Assembly: GCA_010405405.1 (NCBI GenBank)
Contig: MU004232.1
Span: 329,481 to 393,480, forward strand
Length of the DNA stretch: 64,000 bases
Direction of reading: 5' to 3'
Origin: Microthyrium microscopicum
Lineage: Eukaryota
Shown: positions 24,502-34,472 of the stretch, one piece after another
Layout: the number at the start of each line of letters is the position of its first letter
Numbering within the stretch: position 1 is the first letter of the stretch
Notes under the pieces: generated by a model
Seen by the model: the letters and a program-made list of their open reading frames with translations, nothing else
Told to the model about the DNA's origin: nothing
Databases searched by the model: none
Translations under genes and position numbers: made by a program

Positions 24502-27030
24502 ATGAAATTGACTTTTGATTCTTGAACGATACTCTAGAATTGTACTTGGTTGAACAACAATTCGCGAGGCAGCAACAGATAAAAGGGGCAAGAAACACGC
24601 TGACTGTGTTGTGCATTCTGTGTCATAGGACAAATGAAGACTAGTGTCTGTGAAAGCCTCGCTTACTGTGTATTTTATCTTTGACTAAGTACCCCAGCAA
24701 TCAACTTGCGACCACTAACAACACCAAGCTTTGAGGCTCTGCATTTCCATCTATCACGGTCCATCATCTTTGTCAGTTTGAAACCGAATCTCCGATCTTT
24801 AAAAGCGCTTGGCGTCAAGCATTCATGGAATACCATGATACTCTACCTGATCTCTGCTGGCCAACCGTTATCCGACCATACCAACCAAACACCGTGCCAA
24901 AGGCTCATTCATCCTGAGGCTGGTGCTGGTACTGGGCCATTGCTGGCCACGCGAATGCCAATGCTCGATGCAGTTATGCTATTGCTACTAGTGAGCTTAA
25001 ATCTAGATGGCACATCACTGATCGGTGCTTGCCGACGAAGCCACGTTGTAGCCACTGCAATATCTCTTGTCAGGGCGAACAGCCTATGAGAGTAAGCCGG
25101 GTCTTTTCGACTTGCACTCATTTCTTGGGCTTTCTATAAGCTTCCTTGGACGCTACTGGAAAATTTCCGGCGACTCAACCATCAACCTGTATTCCAAAAT
25201 CATAACGCCGAATTGAAGCCGAATATTGACATTCATTGTCAGCGCTATATCACCCATCTAATTGGTCGATAAAGTAGCTTGCGAAAATGTCAGGTGCTGC
25301 TATTGGTCGAGTGGTCGAAATTCGGTCACAGACGATGCCCTTTCATACGACTTATACTATGCTGGTTCAGAAATCCTGCCAAATTTGGCTCAGTAAGAAC
25401 TTAGAGGACTGCTTTGAAGGTCATCAGGCTGTATACAAACCAGCAGCGTGCGATTTCTCTGAAGAGGCTTGGAATGGCCGGAAGAAGAATAGGCTTTCCC
25501 TGTCCGTGGAGCTATTTTCAAATCGCCCACTCGAGAACCGTCAACAAGAGTCTACAACAGGCAATCCACGGGCCGGATGTTTATCTTGCAAGAACGGGTC
25601 GGCTCACTCGCGATCGCGTGGCTACAGAGATCAAATTCGAGCACGTGGAAATGGAAACTAGCCATGCCGATGAACCGTAGATTGTGGAAGCACGCGAGGC
25701 TTCTCAACACAAGCATGAACTGTCCAAAACTTGGCCGCTAGTCTGAAGAGGCAGTAACTAGCACCCTCAATAAATTGGTAGGTGAGGAATGAACCATGAG
25801 GGCTAACATTACGTAGGCTCGAACTACGACAACTCGGATAAACCACATGTGCGGGTGGTCACTCAATCCCAAGTCACTAGACTCGCACAAGGAGCGAATA
25901 TAGCACTGCAATTATTCAATGCTTTGGAAGCCTCGTGAAGGAAACTCATGCTACACAAACATTAAAACTTCAATTATTGAACGGGATTTCATCCATCTCT
26001 GGTCACTTCAGCCATATCTTCGGAACTTGCCCTATTCAGGTACTAGGGGAACACCATTGATACCTGCGAGGATAATCGGTTCCTGCATTAGCAATTGCTT
26101 GGCTACCAGCATTCAAACCTCCACGGTATTTCCAGGCTACTAATCCCACTTTCATTCCCCGCGTGGTCTTCAATCGAGGTCTATGACGGGATAATCATAC
26201 TGGAAATCCCACGAGAGGAAGGTGGGTCGTAAGTTAATCAATTCGTAAACCAATGGACATGCCCTTACCGCCACGCAACGGTATGGTTCTAGCTTCTTCG
26301 CTTCCCTGTACACAGCGGATCAGCTTTTACTACTCCACCTTGCATCGACGACCACGAGATGCTCATCCTTTGCAAGGATACTCACATCACGAGAACTTCC
26401 TTCTTCGGTACCGTACCTATCCCGGTGCTTGGCCGTTGAGGGAATCGGCATTTTCATATACAACTGCGCTTTCAAACCTCGAGGTCTGCAGACTCCGGTT
26501 ATCAGTACACGTTGGCAGCTCATTTCAAGTCCGCATCATCTCGCATGCCATTGTTGGTTAGGCAGGTATTCTCAGATACATGAGAAAACACAGCTAGTAA
26601 CACTGGCAGCGTGTACCTTAATCTAAGAACTTCAAAATAGATCTATGCTTTTCCGTCAATGCATTTCTACGCACCCGGATTCTCTTTGCCTTTGCCTACA
26701 GTCTAAACCTAGAATTTCTGCATTAATCATTGACCATTCGCCATATACCGAGAAAAGAAGAAACATTCCTAGAGGAATTTGCCTATAGCATGTAGATCTT
26801 TACTCGTATATCATACAGCTATCTCTCAACGGTGCCTGGCGTGTGCACAATGATCTTCGGAGAGCATGTACTAGTCTGACAAGGTTTCCATATTACAATT
26901 TTATATTAAACTTCTGGCAACCACCTAGCTATTTTAGACATATGTACCTTCGGCAGCCGGAATCGAATACAGCACATGTGTATATACGCCGCTGTGTGGC
27001 TCTTGTCTTGACTGGAAGGGTGGGGATACA

Positions 27031-29145
27031 ATGGTCTTACTACGGTTCATAACGGGACTTGTTCTTGCGCTTGGTGTTGCTTGCTCTGAGCAGGTGGAAC
27101 AGGTGGACCAAGTACAGCAAGTGGATCAAATACAGCAAGGAGAACGAATAGACCAGGCAGTCGACCACACCTGCACATACCCGCCACCAAACGGCAATGG
27201 GAATCGAAAACCGGTCAAACTCACGAAAGGGGATACTTATCAATGTCGAGGCGGCCAACCACAATCACAGAATCAGAATCAGTATCAGCAGAATCAGTGG
27301 CAACAAAACCAATGGCAACAACGACCTCCTCCTCCGCCAACAGCTACCAGTCGCAGACCACCCGCAACACAAGCCCCCAGACCGAAACCACCAAGTCCCC
27401 CTCCGCCAAAACAACCTTCTCCCCCACCACCACGATCCACGCCCTCCGCTCGCTCACCCTTACCCTCCGCCGCGCCCGAACCATCAAGACCATGCCACGA
27501 AGTCATCGTAATCGGCGCCGGTCTCTCCGGCCTCAGCACAGCAAACCAACTCTCCAAAGCCGGTCTACGCGTCGCCCTCATCGAAGCCCGCGACCGAGTA
27601 GGCGGACGCGTATATAACCAACGCCTAAAAAATGGCGGCGTAATGGACATGGGCGCCGAATTCATCGGCCCTACGCAAGATCGGATGTACGCTTTGGCGA
27701 AAGAGCTAGGCATAAAACTCTTCAACACATACGACGATGGCGATAATATCATCCACTACCTCAAACAAACGCGGCCGCTGCCGTTAAGTGTGCCGTACAG
27801 TGAGCCACAAGCCGTGCAGCAGATTACGGACGCACAGGCGAAACTGAATGTATTAGCGGCGACGATCAACGTAAAAGCGCCGTGGGATTCACCGCGCGCA
27901 GGAGAATTGGATGCGCAGACGTTTGAGGAGTGGATTCACAAGGAAGCTAGCCATGAAGCAGCGCGCTTTCTGCTGACGATTGCGAGTACGACAGTGTTTA
28001 GCGCGGAACCGAAGGAGTTGAGCATGTTATATGTAGCGACTTACGTTGCGGGCGCGGGAAATTCGACGCATCCGGGACGGATTCAGAGGCTGGTGACGGC
28101 GACGGATGGCGCACAGCAGACGAGGGCTGAGATGGGGATGCAGCATTTGGCTGTTGAACTTGCGAGGAAATTGCAGAGTATTGGGGTGGGTATTGCGCTG
28201 AATTCGCCGGTAAGGAAGATATCTAAGCCACAGGGGCAGAGACATTATCGGGTGGAGACGTATGGGCCGGTTGGTGGGGAGTATTGTGCGTCTAGAGTGG
28301 TTGTTGCGATGAGTCCGCCGTTGGCTGCGCGGATACATTATAGCCCGCTCATGCCGGCATCAAGAGTACGTTTGACGAATGGGATGAGGATGGCGGCTGT
28401 GGGGAAGGCGATCGCGATATATGATAGTCCGTGGTGGCGTGGTAACAATAGTGGGCAGGTGTTGAGCGATGAGGGTGGTGCAAGAGCGACTTTCGATAAC
28501 TCGCCGAATCCGCTTCCTGGCTCGACGAAACCAGCGTATGGCGCATTGATGGCCTTCCTCGAAGCCGATGAGATGCGCCGTCTCGACACACTCTCCGATG
28601 CCGCGCTCGAAAAAGAAGTCATCAACGACTACGTCAAATACTTTGGATCCAGAGCGGCGAACTATAGCCAATTTGTGTTCAAGCGCTGGGACCACGATGA
28701 CTGGGCGCGCGGCGGACCAGTTGCGCTGCCAGGAATGGGAGTGCTCAGTGCGCATGGGAGGGCGCTGGTGGAGCCAGTGGGTGGTATTCATTGGGCGGGG
28801 ACTGAGACGTCTGATTACTGGATTGGGTATATGGATGGCGCCGTTAGATCGGGGGAGAGGGTAGCGAGGGAGGTTGTGGCGAGTTTTCGGAGGAATGCTA
28901 GTCGCGAAGTCGGGGACGGAGAGGACGAAGATGGCGTAGATGGAGGCGATGGTGACGTTAGTGAAGGAAACGACGGTGTTGATGGTGGAGAGATGGTGGC
29001 TGCAGGAGGAGAAACCGGCATCGAGGGCGATACAGATGCGGATGGTGGAGAGGGAGGTACTTTTGATGAGAAGATGAGGACTGGGCCAAAGACGAAGACG
29101 AAGGTACGAGCAAAGACGAAGAGGAAAGGGAAGCATAGAACATAG
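27031..29145 (+). CDS. Secreted flavin-containing amine oxidase (MAO family) with Q/P-rich N-terminal and acidic/basic C-terminal extensions
   Basis: Signal-peptide-like N-terminus; FAD motif VIVIGAGLSGL..LIEARDRVGGR; DMGAEFIGPTQ; IHWAGTET..GYMDGAVRSGERVA; intronless. Confidence 0.92.
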   Translation: MVLLRFITGLVLALGVACSEQVEQVDQVQQVDQIQQGERIDQAVDHTCTYPPPNGNGNRKPVKLTKGDTYQCRGGQPQSQNQNQYQQNQWQQNQWQQRPPPPPTATSRRPPATQAPRPKPPSPPPPKQPSPPPPRSTPSARSPLPSAAPEPSRPCHEVIVIGAGLSGLSTANQLSKAGLRVALIEARDRVGGRVYNQRLKNGGVMDMGAEFIGPTQDRMYALAKELGIKLFNTYDDGDNIIHYLKQTRPLPLSVPYSEPQAVQQITDAQAKLNVLAATINVKAPWDSPRAGELDAQTFEEWIHKEASHEAARFLLTIASTTVFSAEPKELSMLYVATYVAGAGNSTHPGRIQRLVTATDGAQQTRAEMGMQHLAVELARKLQSIGVGIALNSPVRKISKPQGQRHYRVETYGPVGGEYCASRVVVAMSPPLAARIHYSPLMPASRVRLTNGMRMAAVGKAIAIYDSPWWRGNNSGQVLSDEGGARATFDNSPNPLPGSTKPAYGALMAFLEADEMRRLDTLSDAALEKEVINDYVKYFGSRAANYSQFVFKRWDHDDWARGGPVALPGMGVLSAHGRALVEPVGGIHWAGTETSDYWIGYMDGAVRSGERVAREVVASFRRNASREVGDGEDEDGVDGGDGDVSEGNDGVDGGEMVAAGGETGIEGDTDADGGEGGTFDEKMRTGPKTKTKVRAKTKRKGKHRT

Positions 29146-29465
29146 CTAGATGCCGCGAATTTGATACGACCAGTTAATGTTAATTGTTTAGTTTGACGTT
29201 ACTGCGATTGGGGGATTGGTGATGATGACAAGTTTCTTGATTAGCTGTATTGGCTATTCGTAATACTACTTACATTCAATCATAGAGAATGTTCATATAC
29301 GAACCGACGTGAAGCGGTCCTTTCCGTGTTTACCATCCTCTTCGCACTAGGAAACATCGCAAGCGCAAAATCCCAATCTCAAGTTTCGTCCGTTTTGTCG
29401 GTTTTGACAACGTGATTCCTGCCATCACGTCGATGCTCAACAATAACCCAGTCCAGTGAGGGTTT

Positions 29466-30004
29466 CTATTCCTTGGACTCGGAAGCATCGGCGCTCGCGA
29501 TAGCTGTCTCGATAGCCTTGATGTTGGCACCAACAATCTTTTGTACCTCCTCGCCGTCCTTGTACACGATGAATGTGGGCATGGCGCGGATGTTGAGCTC
29601 TTGAGCGACAGCGGGAAGAGCGTCAACGTCGAATTTGTAGAACTTGACCTTGTCGGTCTTTTCGCTCATAGTCTTGATGTGTGGTGCAATCATTTTGCAG
29701 GGTCCGCACCATTCTGCAAAGGCATCGAGAACAGCGACACCTTCGCCGCCGGTGATGTACTTGTCAAAGTCGGCCTTGCTATGCAAGTGTTAGTAAGAGA
29801 GATTGTGTGGATAGCAGGGAGAGCGTACGTTTCGAGGTTGTGGACAGCGCCAGCGGTTGCTTTAATATCAGCCATTTTGTGTAGTGTTTGTGAGAATGCG
29901 CGGTGTTGTATGTGGTTTATTGGTAATTGAAGTCTTATTGAGATGACTGAAGTTAGCTTTCTGGGTTGGGTGAAGCGAAGAGTGGAGCGTAGTGTAGATG
30001 ACAT
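29466..30004 (-). CDS. TRX: Thioredoxin (2 exons); short form from ATG 29875, possible mitochondrial form from ATG 30004
   Basis: AEWCGPCK active site; IRAMPTF cis-Pro motif; intron GTACGC..CTAAC..AG near 29828-29779. Confidence 0.95.
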
Positions 30005-30882
30005 TGAAGCGAGGGAAGGGATGGAAGGAGGATGATTATATAGTACAGGTGAGGCGCATGGGAGGTGGAATGTACTGGCAAGCAGGCGGGTAAATGGAGG
30101 TGATGATGAATAATAATAACAAGTCGTTGGAGAAAAAGGGCAAGAGAGAGAATGTGGTGGCGTTTTGCACGTTTACGGCATCAGATCTGGTCCAGATCCA
30201 GCCCCGCTACGCGCGAATCTGGCAGTGACGGCATTGTCTGGGCAGCTTCATGCCGCATTGGAATATATTGCGGCATTCACGCTGGGGATTCTTACCTGAT
30301 AGACTTGAGGGATTTCAAATGATGAGGAGTGGGCGGTGTTTGAAGCGGTTGTAGTTGTAAAGTTGGAAGTTGATGGTCGCGGGTCAGGCAGAGGCAGCAG
30401 GTGGTGAAAGCGACTGGCAATGGCGCAATTAGAGGGACCGTTCTGTATCAAGCGCTTTCAGTCTGGTACAGTAGTGAGCTTCTGAAGCTATTTGATCTGT
30501 GATTAGTTGATCAATTAACCTCCGAAAGGCCGGCATAAGCTCAAGATAACCAGATAGAGGGGTCGTTTTGCCTGGATTTCCAAGCAGCTCAAAGCCTCCA
30601 AAATAGCTCAATTTGCTGACATTAGTTGCGCCCTAAATTTACCTACTTTTTGATTCCAAATACCCAACTGAACAACCACGATCCTCTCCGTTCTTCCTTC
30701 TTTCAACTCCATTCATGATTCATTTCATCCAGTCGATTAGCAAAGCAATGAGCGGAATACCGCAAAGCATCTTTGACATCTAGAACACTGCCTATCGAGG
30801 GTTTTCGCTCATGAAACCGACGCGCTCATCAGAGTCAAATCTCTCAGGCGTTTATGCTGTCTACCAGCACTTCTTGTGTCTC

Positions 30883-31878
30883 CTAGAAGACATCCCCAGC
30901 TTGTACCTTCTCTCCTTTGATAAAGGCCAGCGGATCAACGAGATCCACCCAGCCCACAAACGGTGCACTCATCTCATAACCAAGCTTCTTCTGCGCTTGC
31001 TCCGGTAGCTCTAAAATCCTCTCTCGCGAAATCGCAAGATACTGGTTCTCTTCCTATACAACATCATCAGAAAACTATCTCCCAAGATCTTGAATCGACT
31101 TACCTGACGTAGATACCCCTTGGTAAAATGCATCGAATAAACCCTCCTCTCTTCATCTTTCGTCGTATTCGCTGACCCACCATGATAACATGAAGCCAAC
31201 ATAATAAACGCATCACCAGGCTCCAACTCCGCATACACAGCATCAGCCTCGACAGGCGGCTCCAGCGAAGCCTGTAGATGAGATCCAGGCTGAAACCGTG
31301 TCGCCCCATTCTCCTTCGTAGTCCGCGTACTAGCAACGAACATGGCAATACTTGAATCTCGACCAATCGGATACTCATCCGCAGTAATCTTCGAGTGATT
31401 ATCGTGATGAAGCATACCATCACGATGTAAGCCTTGAGCTTTTGCACCAGGACCAATGCATAGCAAGGCGGAGGAGCTGATTTGAGGCTTTGATATACAT
31501 TCGTGTATTTCGTCGCCAGTGTATGATTTCGTTCTCGATGTTAGTAGGGCGTCTGTGATGGCGAGCCAGAGGGGATGACAGAGGATTTCGGTAGCCCAGG
31601 TTTTTGATCTGGAGGGCATGCAGAATACTCGGCGTGTTTCTTTGTCGAAGAAATTGCCCTTGTAGTCCTGAGTTCTCGGTTTTGGTGAGATAGGGCTCCA
31701 AGTCTTGGTCTATCTGTCTAAGATCCGATCGAAAGACTGCTTTGCGAATGATTACGCCGCCGTCTCGCTTCAAAGCGGCAACACTCGCATCGAGAAATTC
31801 GTTTGAATCCGCTGAAAGACTTGCCATTCCATATGAAATAGCATCGCAACGGATCTCGGTGATGGCAAAAGATGCCAT
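30883..31878 (-). pseudogene. PhyH-family Fe(II)/2-oxoglutarate dioxygenase with an apparent frameshift
   Basis: RDGGVII; IGPGAKAQGLHRD (HxD); GATRFQPGSH; YHGGSAN; GYLRQ|EENQYL across intron about 31103-31052. The frame shifts between EPYLTKTEN and QDYKGNFFDKETRRV (about 31670-31700) with no plausible intron. Confidence 0.8.
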
Positions 31879-32453
31879 AATGTTAGTCTTGGGTTTGAAT
31901 GACTCCAATCTGGTCTTCTTATGTGCCAAGTATACAGAAATGGAGCCGTTGCCAGTTGGTCACAGCTACAGTACGGATACACTGCAAATGGGCAAGGCTG
32001 ACCACTTCCCCCAGTGCCTCTTTCAACTTCCGCGAGTGTAATCGGCGTAAATCAGCTTAGCTCCCCTCAAACCCCACGTTGGCCAAGTACCTGTCCTCTC
32101 GCTAAGCAGCATATGCATGGATTTGAGACATGAATAGGGGCACGAAGTTCTTTTTCGGGGGTGCCTTAACACGTACTGCTTATCTTACGTCTCAGTGTTA
32201 ATGGCATAATTAGGAAAACTGGAATGTGGGGTCACTATATCTATCAGGCTGTAACCCTTCGCTTTACGATTGGACGAATTCTATGGCCCAAAGTACGGTC
32301 CGTTGCGGTACGTGCCGTACCGCGAAGTGACGTAGGAATACGAAAAAGGTATCCTGAGTTTCAAAAGATTTTAGGCTACAGTGAACTGATCTTCTATCTA
32401 GTATACAGCGGAAGAGAGGCCAGATCTTGTTCCAACAAACATTTTACACAACG

Positions 32454-33134
32454 ATGGCTTCCAAGTGGCCGGTATTCTTGACCGCAACCAATGTTGAGCC
32501 AAAGGTACCTAACTAAAACACCACGATATATCTGGAAAGACATCGCTAAGAAGGGCAGATTCTCAACAAAGCCTGGATCTTGATCCAAGACTACGAATTC
32601 ACCGACCCAGAAGATGAACCATCCTTCATACTCCTCACATCCGCCAACTTACCCGACAGCACTCCGAAAGGCGTTCGTCAGTTCACTACAACAACACCAA
32701 TCGCCGATAATGACTTAGCCGACCTCAGTATGGATAAGCTCCGGGACTTGATTCAGTCTAAGATCTCTAAATTCCAAGATCTGAATATCACCACCGAGAA
32801 CTGGGTCATGATCGACCAAACCAGTCTCGAAAGCGAGCAATGTATCCTAGTAAACCGCATATACGACGACGAAGCCGAAGAGATCAGCTGGGAGATCCAA
32901 GCGCTGAGAATACCTCTCACCGAAGTCTATAGTATGTATGCCAACTTGGATATCGCGAACATGGATTTTGAAGACTGGGTGGACGAGGACACGGGTGTGC
33001 AAGAGGATGGGACATATAAGTGGGCGGGTGCGTTCGAGCCGTCGAATGAACATATTGAGAAAAGCGAGATAGAGACGGATGAGAGGAGAGATGCGGCGTT
33101 GAAGGCTGCGAAGGATCTTGGGCATATTGACTAA
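32454..33134 (+). CDS. Acidic hypothetical protein (possibly DUF6924-like), 2 exons
   Basis: MASKWPVFLTATNVEPK, intron GTACCT..CAG (about 32505-32558), then ILNKAWILIQDYEF...; the motif ANLDIANMDFEDW resembles DUF6924 as I recall it, not verified. Confidence 0.7.
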
Positions 33135-33293
33135 GCTAAGAGACTTCTAGCTTGGTGATATTTGGGTATTTGTTACTTGTACTATATGTGATATGCCGAC
33201 TTCATATCTATAGTAGTCTGATATAAGAGTAACACGAGACCAGATTTGTGCCTTGTCTAACACCGTGGAGAACCAACCTCGATCTTTACGCTC

Positions 33294-34220
33294 TCAAAAC
33301 CTAGGAATCCGAATCGGAGCATTGTTGTGGTTTACCATGGACCTGTTGTAGGCAGTATCACTGATATCCCAATCTTGCTGCACAACCTCCTGATCCTCAG
33401 AACCAAGTGTATTCTGCGTAAACTCCCACCCGCATTCAACAAACTTGTTTCTGACCTCATCATATATAGTATGCTGTGATTCCACTAGAATCCTCTTCAG
33501 TGCTTTCATACCACGAAGCTTTCTATTGACCAACAAGATCGGACTCTCAAGCGCCTCTGATGCATCCTCGAATATCATGGCGCGATGTAATGGCCCAATC
33601 GACTCCCACTCATTATCGAGTGAAATTTCCACCGTGTGAATGCTCGTACACCACTTGACCATCAGATCAAGAGCCTTGTTGCCATGGCATTTTAAATTCA
33701 AGGTAGCATTGGCGGGGTCAAATCTTCCTTCCATATGAAAGGGCGGGAAACAGAGAAGGATATGACGCATGTACTTGGCGTTTTGTTTGCCAATAGCTTC
33801 CAGGAAGCGTATGATGAGGACCCATTCTCGCTTATACGGTGCGATGCCGGGTCGGAAGGCATTGCAGAACATAAACTTGTTGTCTGCGTAAAGAAGATGT
33901 TTTGCTTCGTGGTAGATGGTCCTGCTTACGCAGAGGATCTGCGGGCAAAGTTTGTTGGAGGCTGAGGTTGTTGTTGGCACTGAATCGGATTCCTCCTGCT
34001 CCGGACTATCTGTCGCATTGAGGCCCTCAGGTGACAATGGCAGTAGCGAGTAGTAGAGATCTTTGACGTGGTAAGTACTCTCTTCCCGGTCGGCGTCAGA
34101 TTCTTGGTCGGTGGGCTCGAATGTTTTGGCTCTTATTCGAAGCGGTTCAGGGACGGTTAGAAGATGCATGTAGATCATGTCCCTGATCTCGGGTGGAAAT
34201 TTCATGAATTGTATGGCCAT
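33294..34220 (-). CDS. F-box-like hypothetical protein (paralog A)
   Basis: FMKFPPEIRDMIYMHLL; PQILCVSRTIYHEAKHLLYADNKF; single long ORF (an alternative ATG lies at 34244). Confidence 0.75.
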   Translation of the reverse strand: MAIQFMKFPPEIRDMIYMHLLTVPEPLRIRAKTFEPTDQESDADREESTYHVKDLYYSLLPLSPEGLNATDSPEQEESDSVPTTTSASNKLCPQILCVSRTIYHEAKHLLYADNKFMFCNAFRPGIAPYKREWVLIIRFLEAIGKQNAKYMRHILLCFPPFHMEGRFDPANATLNLKCHGNKALDLMVKWCTSIHTVEISLDNEWESIGPLHRAMIFEDASEALESPILLVNRKLRGMKALKRILVESQHTIYDEVRNKFVECGWEFTQNTLGSEDQEVVQQDWDISDTAYNRSMVNHNNAPIRIPRF

Positions 34221-34472
34221 ATTGTTGATTGATGGATTTCGCATGAACAGATGAGGTCGACGCTCGAGGAGTTTCCTGGCAGGAGGTTAAACTAAGCTGG
34301 AGCAGATTGTGGGGTATTTGAAGTGCATCCAAAAATAACGCATACTCTAAAGAGCTGGGTAATACCAGTTGCTTGAAATCCAACAGGGGCTCGTTATAAG
34401 CGAACAAATCAAAGATTGCGGGACATGCAGTGTTCTACCATGCACAACTCGCACTGCATGATTCTGAGAGCT

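Noticed and set aside
24600..26950. Genes in the long intergenic stretch
   Set aside because: Only short ORFs with no recognisable motifs; it may be decayed coding sequence but I cannot support a call.
16097..31878. Metabolic gene cluster (kinase, MFS, hydrolase, amine oxidase, PhyH dioxygenase)
   Set aside because: No PKS, NRPS or terpene backbone and no cluster transcription factor; NUF2 and thioredoxin are interspersed.
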